Source: Schizochytrium sp. TIO01 (taxonomy: Eukaryota > Protista > Bigyra: Labyrinthulomycetes). Taken from it: 64,000 nt of DNA. The notes below the pieces were generated by a model. That model saw only the letters and a program-made list of their open reading frames with translations, did no database searches and had not been told where the DNA came from. The DNA lies in assembly GCA_004764695.1 (NCBI GenBank), contig SMSO01000014.1, positions 5,528,845-5,592,844 of the forward strand, in the 5' to 3' direction. Positions 21,483-33,625 of the stretch are shown here, piece by piece. Made by a program: the position numbers and the translations under genes. Position 1 is the first letter of the stretch; the number at the start of each line of letters is the position of its first letter.

Positions 21483-24400
21483 ATGCCGACGCTAACGCGA
21501 GTCACCTTCAAAGTCCGTGCTGAGTTGGATGTGGGCCAAAATGTCCGTATCACCGGCGATCCCGTGAGTTTGGGTTCATTCAGCCCGAACCGTGGAATGG
21601 ACCTGGTCACGACACCCAAGGAATACCCAGTTTGGCGTACCAGCAGACCCGTAACTCTTCCTCGCGGCGTTCCTGTATCCTACAAGTACGTGATCATGAG
21701 CGGCGGCCAATTTCACGGCTGGGAGCCGATTTCTGCTCATGCTCGCACGCTTATTCCGGAGGGATGGGAGATGACTGTAACCGACGACATTGGGATGTAC
21801 GAAGAGCCTGAGGCCGCTGCTTTGTCTTTCGGTGTCACGGACAGCAATCTCAACCCCATTGCCGCCCGCGTATCCAGTATGGACGCTGTTGAGACCCCTC
21901 CAAGAACGCTCGGACCTGTGCAGACTCTTCCGCCCCCAGGTACAATTCCAATCCCACCACCACCTCCATCGTTGGTGAAGCAGCAGCAGGTTGTCGACGA
22001 TCTTGTGGAGAGATCGTCATCTGTAGGCTCGGGCAACATCTCTGACGTTCTCAGCGCGACCTCTGGAGCTCTCCCTGCAGATTCTGGGTTTGTGGATGCT
22101 CACGATTTTGCCGCTCAAGCCGCAGCTCAGGTCGCGCTCGAGGCCACAAAAGAACCGGAACGTGAGTCAACACGGCCTGTAAACATTCGCTCCAAAGGCA
22201 AAGGAGGCAGTGGTCGCAGCGGAATTCATCCTCATGTACGCTTTGATCTGAGCAATACAGCAACATTTTCGGTATCTCCAGAGACTATACCGTCAATCTC
22301 GGAGACCGCATCTGCTGATGATAACTCGGCATCATCAAACACGAGCACAACGCCGTTACCTTCGGCAAGCTCGCCTCGAGCAAGACCCATAGGCTACACC
22401 CCAACGCCAACGCCAGATGAAGCATGGCCGTCGCCGGACACTGTGCATGCCACGCTCGCACACTCAGCGACGTCTGCTCTGCCTGGAGTTATGAAACTTC
22501 CAACAAGTGCACCGCCGATGCCAGCACCTGCACCCCCGAGTATTCATAAGTACAGGATGTTTTTGGTGTCGTTCAACTTGCCTGTGAACCTTTATTACCG
22601 CGAGAGCGGCGATTCCGGACACCGTTGGTCAGCTGAGTGGAACCCTGACAGTATCTCTCGCAAGTCTGAAGGATCTGTGGCTTACGACCACCAAGTCATG
22701 TGGGTAGGCGCTATCACACCTTATGTAATTCGCAATGAGGATACTGAGATTGTGTGGCGACTGACGGATGCGGACCGAGAGGAGATTCGTGAGAAGCTGC
22801 ACGCGTTTGACTGTGTACCGATCTTCCTCAAACGGGAGGACTTTGTGGACCATTATATTCGTAGCTGCTTGATGCGTTTCCGAGACATCTTTCACAATGT
22901 TTTAAATGTAAACCTGTCACGTGAAGATATGCGTCGGCTCAACCGGTCGACTAAAAACCCTTCAAAGACTGCGACCTCCACATCTTCAAAAGCACCTGTT
23001 CTAGATTCTGATGGTAAACCCATGCGAGGAGGCGCTGGGTCGACATCTTCTTATAAACGCTACACGAGCGCAAGCAGTACAACGAGTGAAGGATCCTCCA
23101 CTGACGACGTGAAAACTTCACGGGATCGATGGGAGGGTTTTATCAGCACGTCAAACATTTTTGCTGATGTGATCATGGAGCTAATTTTGCAGGATGTGAC
23201 TAGCCGTGACCTCGTTTGGGTGCACAACTTCCCACTTATGTTGGTGCCCGAGATCTTACGCGCCCGTGCAACTGCAAGTGGCTTGTCAAGGAAGATGCAG
23301 CCAAAAATTGTCTTTTTCTTGCACACTCCCTTCCCAACTTCTGAGATTTTCCGTACTGTTTCTGTTCGTAATGAACTCTTGGAGGGAATGCTCGGCGCTG
23401 ATGTAGTTGGCTTCCACACGTTTGACCATGCACGGCACTTTATCACCTCATGTAAGCGATTCCTTGGCTTACAGTTTCATTCCCAAAAGGGTGGTCGTTT
23501 GGTTGTGGACCATATGGATCGCGCAGTACTTATCGCAATTTCTCATGTTGGTGTCGAACGCCATTTACTGGACAACGCGGTGTTGTCTCGTACAGGCCAG
23601 GAGGGCGCAGCAGCAATTCGCGAGACACATCGAGGCAAGACAATCATTGTTGCAATGGACGAAATGACTCGTTTACAGGGTGTCCCACTCAAACTTTTGG
23701 CATTCGAACGACTTTTGATGGAGTGTCCCCGTTATCGAGGAAAAGTGGTGCTGATCCAGCATGGATTGCTAATGTTGAATGAAACTCTGATGTCTATGGC
23801 GGATCGCACTCCAGCAGACGACGAGAATGGTGAAGAGGTATTTGCAAATTACAATGCGGAACGTGCTGTCGTGGAGGTGAAGCAGCTTTGCGAGCGGATT
23901 AATCGCGTTTACGGCCCTGTTGTATTTTACAAAGAGTATACGCCAAACAACTGGCCTGGTGTGGAGGCTCGTGCGGCAATTTATGGTGCCGCAGATATCA
24001 TGGTGTGTACACCAGTTATGGAAGGTCTCAATCTGCGACCCCTTGAGTACACGTTCTGCCATCGTGACCCAGCTGGTGTGGTAATCATGTCCGAGTTTTC
24101 TGCCGCATCGCGCGTCCTGAATGGTGCAATTCGTGTCAATTGTTATGATATCAAGGAGGTGTCGCAGGCAATGGACCAAGCCTTGTGCATGACTGTAGAA
24201 GAACGTAATGCCCGTCGTGATCGTGATTGCACTTATATCTCGAACCGATCTTCGGCAGAATGGACACGCAATATTCTCATGGATGTGGAGTTGGGTGTCC
24301 AGGGTGAAATTGAAGCACTCACTCACATTGACAAGGATATTTTACAGGGTTCTGAATACCATAGCGTGGTTGCCTTTGATAACATTGTTCATGAGGGCTA

Positions 24401-25472
24401 TTGCCATCCTCTGAACCCAAGCGAAATCCTTCAAAGCTACAAACGCTGTGACAAACGATTAATCTTACTCGACTATGCTGGTACTCTGACTCCACGGGAG
24501 CTCGGCAACCTCGCGGTGAAACGTGACTTTCTGGGTGTGTCAAAGCGCAAACTTTCACCTCGTGTCTCTGATATCTTGAGGAGGTTATGCCGTGATAAGC
24601 GCAATGTTGTATTTGTCATCTCAGGTAACCGTACTCATGTGCTTCGGTCCGCTTTTGCTGAGGTTCTAGAGGATCCCTCAACACCCCTCGGCCTTGTTGC
24701 GCACTCGGGTGTCATGATTCGCTGGGGTCATTTGGACCTGCCGGAACACACCTCGGGTGAAACAGTATCTGCTGCTGTACAGGCTAGTGGCGCCTCAGGT
24801 GACGATGATGAGGTTCTTGACCAGATCACCCCTCCTAAGGACGGTGCCGACCCAGATGGCTGGGAATATATTCTCCCTGGTGTAAACAAGGATTGGGATA
24901 GCTGGATGAAGGCAGCTGATGTCCCTAGCATTCTTGAGGACTACACGTGGCGAACAGGTGGTAGTGCCTGGAACCAGACAGCAGTTTCGGCTTCCTGGCA
25001 GTTCCGTCAGGCAGATCCCGAATGGGGTGGTATGCAAGCAATCAAGCTCGAGAATGAGTTGAAGGAAGCCATCTCGGCTGTGAATATCCCCGTTGTGGTG
25101 GGCCGCAAGAAGCATACAGTGGAGCTCCTCCCTAAAGGTGTTGATAAGGGGCAAGCAGTTTATCACATTGTTGATGAAATCAAGAAACACCTTGACTTCG
25201 TACCTCAATTTTGCTTTTGTGTAGGTGACGATACTTCTGATGAGTACATGTACACTGCTGTCCTTGACTTCTTGGGTTCACAAAATGATGTTGTTCCAAT
25301 TGATGCCGATAGCATGAATCAACGCTCAAGTGAGTGTGGCAAGTTCGCAGATGCCTTTACCTGCACAGTTGGTCGTAAGCCTACTGCAGCGCAGTTTTAT
25401 GTCAATGAAACTGACGGCGTGGTAGATGTTCTCGATTCTTTTGCCAAGTTCTCGGATTCCCAGGAGGAATAA
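21483..25472 (+). CDS. CBM20 + trehalose-6-phosphate synthase (GT20) + trehalose phosphatase (HAD) multidomain protein, 1329 aa
   Basis: N-terminal CBM20 (VTFKVRAELDVGQNVRITGDPVSLGSF..YPVW..YKYVI..WEP), Pro/Ser linker, GT20 motifs FFLHTPFPTSEIFR, LGADVVGFHTFDHARHF, MEGLNL..EY, MSEF, and HAD domain LLDYAGTL, KGVDKG, CVGDDTSDEYM. Confidence 0.92.
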   Translation: MPTLTRVTFKVRAELDVGQNVRITGDPVSLGSFSPNRGMDLVTTPKEYPVWRTSRPVTLPRGVPVSYKYVIMSGGQFHGWEPISAHARTLIPEGWEMTVTDDIGMYEEPEAAALSFGVTDSNLNPIAARVSSMDAVETPPRTLGPVQTLPPPGTIPIPPPPPSLVKQQQVVDDLVERSSSVGSGNISDVLSATSGALPADSGFVDAHDFAAQAAAQVALEATKEPERESTRPVNIRSKGKGGSGRSGIHPHVRFDLSNTATFSVSPETIPSISETASADDNSASSNTSTTPLPSASSPRARPIGYTPTPTPDEAWPSPDTVHATLAHSATSALPGVMKLPTSAPPMPAPAPPSIHKYRMFLVSFNLPVNLYYRESGDSGHRWSAEWNPDSISRKSEGSVAYDHQVMWVGAITPYVIRNEDTEIVWRLTDADREEIREKLHAFDCVPIFLKREDFVDHYIRSCLMRFRDIFHNVLNVNLSREDMRRLNRSTKNPSKTATSTSSKAPVLDSDGKPMRGGAGSTSSYKRYTSASSTTSEGSSTDDVKTSRDRWEGFISTSNIFADVIMELILQDVTSRDLVWVHNFPLMLVPEILRARATASGLSRKMQPKIVFFLHTPFPTSEIFRTVSVRNELLEGMLGADVVGFHTFDHARHFITSCKRFLGLQFHSQKGGRLVVDHMDRAVLIAISHVGVERHLLDNAVLSRTGQEGAAAIRETHRGKTIIVAMDEMTRLQGVPLKLLAFERLLMECPRYRGKVVLIQHGLLMLNETLMSMADRTPADDENGEEVFANYNAERAVVEVKQLCERINRVYGPVVFYKEYTPNNWPGVEARAAIYGAADIMVCTPVMEGLNLRPLEYTFCHRDPAGVVIMSEFSAASRVLNGAIRVNCYDIKEVSQAMDQALCMTVEERNARRDRDCTYISNRSSAEWTRNILMDVELGVQGEIEALTHIDKDILQGSEYHSVVAFDNIVHEGYCHPLNPSEILQSYKRCDKRLILLDYAGTLTPRELGNLAVKRDFLGVSKRKLSPRVSDILRRLCRDKRNVVFVISGNRTHVLRSAFAEVLEDPSTPLGLVAHSGVMIRWGHLDLPEHTSGETVSAAVQASGASGDDDEVLDQITPPKDGADPDGWEYILPGVNKDWDSWMKAADVPSILEDYTWRTGGSAWNQTAVSASWQFRQADPEWGGMQAIKLENELKEAISAVNIPVVVGRKKHTVELLPKGVDKGQAVYHIVDEIKKHLDFVPQFCFCVGDDTSDEYMYTAVLDFLGSQNDVVPIDADSMNQRSSECGKFADAFTCTVGRKPTAAQFYVNETDGVVDVLDSFAKFSDSQEE

Positions 25473-26426
25473 AAATCAACCTTTTTATATTACACTTTGA
25501 AAGAAAAATAGACAAATAGGAAGACGGCAAGTCCAGGAAGGCCCTACCATACACATGTTGTAGTGCAGATTTACTCGTGTGGTTGGCGTGCATTAGTCAG
25601 ATAGGCCAGCCTTGTTCATAAGCGATTTTCACCTCTTTAAATTTATTATTGATCATGACTTGCACTCCCAGAAATATATTTTTGACAGGCTTGGAGCTGT
25701 TGACATGTTATATGTTTTGCATCAAGATCAGCTGTAAAACTACAAATAAGTTTTTAGTAATATCTCTGTGGACTGCGAGCTGTATCATCATGAGATGAAG
25801 CAAGCGGATTTAAACAAGAAACCAAAAGCCAAAACAGGAAGATTTATTGCAAATCCGACTTCCCAAGCAGGAAATTGAGGGGCAGACACTTGCTTGCCCT
25901 TCACAAGATCATGCAAAGTCGTACCATTTGCGATGTTGATGATATGAGTATCTTCATGTCATAATGTTGTTGTATTACTTTGCCTATGCTGTTTTGAATG
26001 TTTATTATGGAATTTCATGTACTTTTCCCCTTCATTTGTATTTCGCATGTGTGGCTTGGCCTATATCTAAAAAGCCTGACACAATCAATTCACTTTCACA
26101 ATAAACATGTTCCATATTTCAGATCTAGAGTGGGTGCCAGAAAGGGACTCACTCATGAATTGCGTAGAATATAGGGGCTTTACAGTGAAAATGAGAGTTG
26201 CGTCTACAGTCATAGAAGAAATGCAAAACCTGATTTGCAAATCAGAACAAGAACTTGTGAACGGAATACAGCGTGCTTGGCCAGAGAGACGAGGGACAAT
26301 ACTGCTTGTTGTTGTTGTTTTCTACCAAAGAAAAATGAAAAGATGTACACGATGATAAGATTGAATGTGGGAAATGAGAATGAGATGTGATGCAAAACAT
26401 TAGCTGGAGACCAGGACAATCTTCAT

Positions 26427-28395
26427 TTAGACAATGTTCTCACGCCAGTTTTCGGGAAGGCCTTCAATCTGTGCAAGAGGATAGCACCACTTGTCACGAC
26501 GCTCTGAGCAAGAACGATCTTGGGTCTTACTCTGAATCAAACGGACCAACTTGCGCGTCTCGTAACCAATAGGGCAGAACTTTTGCTTGTACATAAGCAA
26601 AATGCGGTTCAGCTTTGATACAGTTTGGCAGAGTACCCAGGCGGACTGCTTACGATGTCTCGAGCGTGAAATATCAAACAGGTCATCAGGCGCCTCCACA
26701 ATGAGGGGCGTATCACAATCAAGAATGCTGTGTTTGTACATTATGTTTTATGTGGATAAACAAAGTTTTGTGTGTCAGTCATCCGTAGGGAGAGGAGTCG
26801 TAGAAGTTTAGCCTTCCATTGTGAAACTTACGTTGCAGGTACATGACCTTTGTGAAACATCCATGGTCCTTTGGAATCCGGCGCCTTAAAGTTCGAGGCA
26901 AGGTGAATAAATGTGGGCATTTTATCACCAGGTTGCGGTTGCGGGTTGCGGCATGACATGGTTGTCCATGCATCGACCCACTGAAACGCCTCTCCATCAT
27001 TGCCCCAGGTAGAAATCATGTAGTGGTCCAGAGTAGTATGTTTTAAGCCAAGATGGGCTGAGCCAATTGAGTAAGCCCACATGTCGGCAAGAATGTTAGG
27101 GCCCATATCCAGAACTGGACGCATGTACTTCTCCCAGAGCACACTGAGACGAGAGATGTCGTCAACATGAAGCATAAGCGGCGGGCCAACACTGGTATAT
27201 TTACTGGCCATTTCACTAGTCCAGGACTTTGCTGGGGTGTTAGGGTCACCAGTGATCTTGTCGAGATCGAACTTTGAGCTTTTCCAGCCATCTTCGAGAC
27301 CGTAGCGCTGCGCCACGGGTCTACCTTTCCGGACCACGTCAATGGGTGGGATGACACCTGGGTCCATATCCACGCCACGAGTGGCAATGATGTTGTCTGC
27401 CGACTCACCAGTCTGTGTGAGAGGTTTAAGAAAAATGAAGTCTGGGTCAAGAATGGCAATGACAGTTTCACCCAGGCGGTCGAGCTCCGGCCTTGCGTGC
27501 TCCATGAAGTATTGAATAGATGAAGGCTACTCATTTATTCCAGTTGTTAGTTTTTTCGATGTACCAAATAAAGTTGCAATATTCAAAGAGCGTGTGTCGA
27601 CCACGATAATGAGGCCACATAGGCGTGCATGTGTCGATGCTTAAGGCGGTTAGTGATCTCCCACGGTCATTTCATAAAAGATTTGCTATAATTGTTCGGC
27701 ACATGTCTTGACTGTTCACTTACTTTGTTGATCCACGGGAAGTCCTTGGCACCCTCAAAGGAGGGTGTGATGTAAAGTCCAAAGTTCTCATTGACGGAGC
27801 GGTTGAGCATTTCCATCGGCACGAGTAGGTCATTTTTACCTTGCGGGAATGTCTGGTGCTGATGGCGGACAGTCTCAGCAGACTTGTCATGACACCCGCT
27901 GACAATGCGGGTGATGCGGCCTCTTTGGCCTACAAGGTACGCCGACGCTAGTAGGAACTCTGACTGCCAGTGCTGAAAGTAGTTACACCCGGACGAGAAG
28001 ATAATATGGAGTTTGCCGTCATCACCAGTCTTCTGGCCAGGAGGGATCTTAGGCACGCGAACGTATCCCATATCTGACCCATCCTCACTTTTCCAGGTCA
28101 GTTTGGATGTATCAGGCGGGGCTAGGTCTTCAAAGCTTTTCAAAGTGCCCTTGACCTCAGGAGGATTCCCGAGCATTGAGGCAGCTTCGTCAACCTCAGC
28201 TGTGCTCGGCAACGTCGTCGTGTTACCTGGCGCGGTCACCAGGTACAAAATGCACAATCCAACCATTGTCAGCATACCAGTCATGAGTCCTCGTTTCGTG
28301 ACCATGAGACGCCCCTTCTCGCCGTACTTGGGGTCCTCGAGGTCTGTGAACCTTGAACGACCACCACCGTCCACATGGCCGCGTCGCTGCTGCAT
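26427..28395 (-). CDS. SERGT1/HPAT-like (GT96/GT95-related) peptidyl O-glycosyltransferase, type II membrane protein; exons 28395-27724, 27526-26832, 26727-26427 (555 aa)
   Basis: N-terminal TM anchor; HIIFSSGCNYFQHWQS, GRITRIVSGC, spliced WINK|PSSIQYF, DxD motif ILDPDFIFLKPL, SVGPP, LADMWAYSIGSAHLGLKH. Both introns are GTAAGT...AG and the joined length (1668 nt) keeps frame. Confidence 0.85.
26728..26831 (-). other. Spliceosomal intron 2 of the glycosyltransferase (104 nt, phase 2)
   Basis: GTAAGT donor at 26831, CAG acceptor ending 26728; joins HVPA-T-ILDCDTPLI. Confidence 0.85.
27527..27723 (-). other. Spliceosomal intron 1 of the glycosyltransferase (197 nt, phase 0)
   Basis: GTAAGT donor at 27723, TAG acceptor ending 27527; restores the conserved NKP motif. 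Confidence 0.85.
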
Positions 28396-30461
28396 GGCCA
28401 AAATTAACCGCTGCAGGTCAGGATATTCTGCCTAGATACAAGAGTGGTTCCACCGTGGTGAAACGTGGAACTGAAGCGGGCAGCCTCAACCGACGAGGAC
28501 TGCACAGGATCCTCTGCGAAGGACTCTGCCTTCTTCGTGTCTCAAACAAGTTTTGCTTAGCTGGCGGATTTATGACTGCGATTGCGAGAATAATCCATTT
28601 ACTTAATTTTTTTAAAGGAAAAAAAAAAAAAAAGAACACTTGCTACTACCTCCCTTAGCTACTGCTATTAGCATGTTAAAACCCATAAGAACAAGTGATT
28701 AAGCTTTTTATTCCAATGAAAACTCGAGCCAAAACTTGGGGGAAAAGGCCGTGTCACAATGAGTGAATGAATGAATGAACCAATGAATGGGCGAGTGAGC
28801 AAGTGACCTGGCATCATGCATGGCCGCTTCGCCTTGTCGTCGCGGATATTGATCGCCAAAACGACGCGGTTTCCACTCTTGCGGTGCTGGCAGCGGTAGC
28901 AATTCAGCTGTCGCTCTACAGGGGTTTTCAATCATAAACACTGTTGCACTGCCTCCAATAATTGCTACTTTCATCCATGCTTCGAAGAGGTAGTAACCAA
29001 ATCAGGAACCTTTTCTAAACCTCACAATCGCCTGAGTCAGCGACCTTTGCGAATGCGAGGTTTGCGAAACATGAGCCATCCAACAGGCATACCTTTTGTG
29101 TTTTCGCTTCGCCCTGATTGAAGTTCCATTCGACAGTGTAATAGTGTTCTTAATTTTGATGAATCAATTCGTCGCCAGAGGAAGAGGGAAGAGGACGAGA
29201 CACGGAGGATGCAAGCAAGCCTTGCGTGTATCAAACTTATCTCTTCATGTCACTCATAACCTCCAGCACCGCTTCCGACAAATGCTCAGCCGACCCTGTC
29301 TCCAGCACAGTAAACTGTGAAGGTTTCCTTGAGTTGCGTCGCGGGCATGGCATCATCTTGGGCACCTAGCCTGGGTAACGTTTCCTGCCTGCGGTTCTTC
29401 CTTCACAGAAGAGGGGTTAGTTAGTTGAAGACATTCAAGCATCATGGTGCACCAATGTGCAAAACGTCGTGGTGTAAGTCTCTGGCGGCAATTCAGCAGG
29501 GCCCATGAACTGGTCAGCTATTCCGAGTTTGCGCCCCCAAAAGTTCGCATTTTAGTTGATTCCCGTGAAATGCAAATGAATAAACCAAGCAATTAAATGG
29601 GTTTCATTCCAAGAGCTGCAGTGCAAAGGAGTAATGCTACTTGGATTAGGATAGCTACCTGGTAAGGATTTCCGTGATAGCGTCGAAACCTCCGCACGTA
29701 AGGGACTCTGGTGTGAAGTGCGCTCGATGCTCAAAGACATAGGCTCAATCTGGCTGGCGGAGAGATCATCTGCAAATTAATGAGGACGCCATAGAAACTG
29801 CTCCCTGCAAGCAACCCGAGGGTTAGCTGCCTTGAAGGGTTTCGTGGCTAAGGGAGTCTCGAGATTTGATGTTATTATCTCTCTCCGTGAAAACTCGTGC
29901 GAACCAAGCGAATAAAGGAAGGTCGCTCAGATATTCTTTCAGGAGAAAAAATGCGTTTGCAAATGGGCCCCGATGTTCCTAATAACGTTTGCTTCATATT
30001 TCGCTTTTCCAAGACGAGGGATATTCAGATGAATTTGTTTAAAAAAAAGTTAAATTTTAATAAAATAAAATAATTAAATAAATAAAAAACTGGAGGCACA
30101 TTGAGGTGGTCGTTTTTGGCGATAGAAGTGAGTTTCTATAAGGATTCTCTGAGAGGCCTTTTATTTCTTTTGATATGTTGTCTTTGAGCCTTGCCACTAA
30201 ATCGCCTGAACGCGCTACTATATATATTTCACTGCCATGCTGAGAGCAACACAAGCTTGATGTCTTAGACAACCTCCCTATGCAGCAAAAGTCCGATTTG
30301 GTTGTAGTAGCATGCACCCAATGCGTTGTGGTCGATTCCTGCCGAGATAACATAGAAAGAGATGTCAGAGGAATAAAGCTCTATCCGTTAGAAGCCGAAA
30401 GGCTTTCACTTGAAGTTGACTAATGTGTTAGCATATTTATTTTTAAACAGAAACAAAAAAA

Positions 30462-30485
30462 GGAAGGAAGGAAGGAAGGAAGGAA
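30462..30485. repeat. (GGAA)6 microsatellite
   Basis: Read directly. Confidence 0.9.
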
Positions 30486-30499
30486 AGAGGCCAGTTATA

Positions 30500-32760
30500 T
30501 CTCATTTCAAATTGCCAACCTCCGTAAAATAATATGGTACAATATTCTGCAGTCACGATCTTCTCGTTTTAGAAACCAATACAAAATTGTGCCAAACCAG
30601 CACTGTTTTAAAGTATCACTCTTGCATAGCCTCCACTGCTTTGCACAAGAAAAAAGAAAAGCAAAAGGGGTTCTGCAAGCATTTTTAAAGGTGGATAAAA
30701 TTATTTTGCATGTGATGAAAACTATCTTGTACATTTACTGTATTAACATTTGAGGCTCGAATAAGGGGGTAGAACTTGGACATGCCTTCATCCTCGTTTT
30801 GTCCACCTAGAACCAATTAAGATATACTAAAAGAGACAGAAATGGGTGGTCTCTTAATTGTTAAACAAGAAAGTTTAATTTAACGTTACAGTGGAGGAGG
30901 AATCAGAAAAGAATAGAATGATTAATTTCCCTGTGAATGTGAGAACCTGCGCTTTTAATTACAGTCGTATTGGCTAGTATGGAGAAGATTTACGTCACAA
31001 ACATTATGATCCTGTTTCTTGTATATAATATAGACATCAACATATATTGAAGTGGTTAGAATTGGGAGGCTTTAGAATTGGGGTGAAAAAAACATCACAG
31101 AACTTAGAACTGAGTTTATTCAATCTGGGTCTCCAGTTGATGGTTTGCAGAACTCTCCTATGGGTTAAGCCTGTGAAAACCATGATGACGGAGGAGAATA
31201 TTCGCTTGCCTATTGATGAGTATGCAGATCTGGGTATTGAGGATGAAACTTATACATAGATCGACGTAGCAAGTCAATTAGAGAATATGAAATTACATTC
31301 ATTCAAGATTGCACAACGAAAGTTTTTAGTAAGAAGATAGAAGATGCTCGTGAATAGTTTGATAAAATTTATAAGAAAGCTTTGTTGTGGTGGTTTTCGT
31401 AGAGCCCGGACCATGCTAATCAGTATGACAAGGAATAATTGTATGCTAGAGATGCTCGACGTGGCATCTAGCAGAGATGTTTCGTGAAATATAAGATAAA
31501 TTATTCTGTCCGCATTGAGGTAAACCAGTTGACCATTGAATTAGTAAATGGTTTGACATCAAAGACACTGCCCCTATCATCGTTCAAAAAAACCACGCCC
31601 CATTAGATGGCTCTTGCGACGGAGCGATCAAAATCTGGAGAGAGAAGGAAATACTGAAGCTACCGCGGCATATGTTTACGAATTACCCTTCTTATATGTC
31701 TCATATTAGCGAGAGCAACATGTTGCTTGCCGAGAAAGCTCTGAGGGATGACTACGGGTGACCCTAAAGAAGATGGTCGACATGCTTTATATGAGTGACC
31801 TTTTGCCAGATATTATGCCAGAATTTTCTCATATACGTACTTAAGGATGTGTCAAGTCTGATATTCAGTTGAGACTCCTGCTTGACCACGCAATGATAAG
31901 CTCGAGCTTAGGATCTCCCGCAAAGTGTGTCTCGAACTTTCTGATGGATTTCTACTTGCAAATGCTTCAGGTGAAACAGGAGAGTATTGAAGAACGCCGT
32001 CGCAAGACGGTTTCCTCCACATCTTTTCGCCAAACGAATATTAAGGAGGAGTTGGACATAGTACTGATTTCTTTTGTTCAAGAATTCTATCAAGCAGCGT
32101 GAATCTCTAAATTCAAGAAGAGTAATCCATCACCCACTCTGCTGTTCCATCCCCGCTTCAAGAAAATCGCAATGTCCCTTTTTAGCCCATAGCCATTGGA
32201 CCTTGGCGATGCTGTGTTTTGAGGATAAAACTCTGTATTCTTATGACCCTCTCGAAAGCAGTGGTGGCCTTCGTCATGACAAAAGGAATAAGAACATTAT
32301 CCGACAGCTGGGAGGAATCGAACTGGTCAGTCAAGAAATTGTCTGGTCATCAAGAAAATGGCTATGACTGCAGAGTGTATGCTATGACCGTAGTCAATGG
32401 TCTTTCGCATGATGAAAGCGCTATTGCAGCACTTGCAGAGAGTATTATGCCATCCAACGGAAATTATGACCTGATGGAACATCGGAGGTTGCGATTTGCG
32501 ACTTTGCTGACATACTTCAAGACATCATTGATTTTACGCTTGCTAGGGCTTCTTCGACAAGAGAGGAGCTTTTAATCCTTTTAACCCATAACTTCAAGCC
32601 TCGAGAACTCGAGGAAGAGGTCGTTGCGATTGTTCAAGAACCCTTTCCTGCTGTTGATGATTCCTTTGACAATATGTCAAAGCGTGTGTTTTTGTTGTCC
32701 GCTCGAAGGTCCACTCTTACCACGTTCATAGTCACTCCTCAAATAAAATAAATAAAATAA
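30500..32760. mobile_element. Possible highly degenerate DNA-transposon remnant carrying the Ulp1-like relic
   Basis: AT-rich, stop-riddled stretch between AT-rich tracts, ending in the Ulp1 relic. No transposase motif or clean TIR recognised; boundaries are approximate. Confidence 0.3.
31869..32575 (+). pseudogene. Decayed Ulp1/C48-family SUMO-protease-like sequence, probably transposon cargo
   Basis: Family motifs in the right order over three overlapping small ORFs: NFLMDFYLQML, HSHWTLAML (His 32194), LYSYDPL (Asp 32245), HQENGYDCRVY (Gln 32351, Cys 32369). Frameshifted, no intact ORF. Confidence 0.7.
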
Positions 32761-33625
32761 TTGGGGGTAAAAACTCGAGCCAAAGCAATCATCCATATGG
32801 CGGAGGGTAATGCTATACTCACCAATCTTAACGTTAACCTGGTACGCGCTTAGGTACCTACTGAAGTATTACAGCAGAGTGCATACTTAGGTGTGCATTT
32901 ATTAGGACATCCAAGTAACACAAAGCCAACGCCTAGACTTGGATGACGGACTTTGTCAGCAGTTCTGAATGTTAATTCTAGCTATTCTCTACCTACGCTT
33001 TCTCTTGGTGATTGACTTGCAATAGTACTCGATAGCTTCTAATAACATAACTGAGGACAATTGATTCGAGCGGTATGCAATTAACACGGGTAAAGTCCTG
33101 CATGCACGTCTTTAGTGCTGTACATGAGTATAATGGACGTTCATACCTAGAGAGTGTCATTTTTAATTTTAAAAATTTAACTTTCAATTAAAAATAAATA
33201 AATAAAAAAAGTTAAAAAAACTGGTTGCAGAGAAGAATTAGTAGTGACGGCAAGTTAGTTCTCGCCGCGTATAGGCTTCAACTGTACAATGGAGTGCGGA
33301 GACTGCGTCTATGGTGTCTCTGCGATCGCCAACTTTTTCAAAGGCAAACCGGACCCATAACGTGACACTAACGGTCTTCAGGTTGGCGATTGACGGAGGC
33401 TAGCGACCTTGATACATAGTCTTATCAAGGCTCCTGGAACTCCGTCAAAACTCGAGTGCAAGAATTACATATCAAACTGCTACTAATCGTCCTTTGAGAA
33501 AGATATAGGAAAGTATCTACTGCGTACTCCATATGGGCTTGTAACAGACTTTTCAGGCTCAGATCTGTTCAAAACTCAAACGCTGGTTGTGATCCGTGGC
33601 TTCATAGTTAGCTGGGCTCAAGAGG

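Noticed and set aside
26174-26190. Exact 17-mer GGGGCTTTACAGTGAAA repeated at 45870-45886
   Set aside because: Similarity does not extend and the contexts are unrelated; a single 17-mer match in 64 kb is plausible by chance.
30038-33224. AT-rich tracts at ~30040-30090 and ~33160-33220 as TIRs of the Ulp1 element
   Set aside because: The partial inverted similarity is confined to low-complexity A/T sequence, and no target-site duplication is evident.
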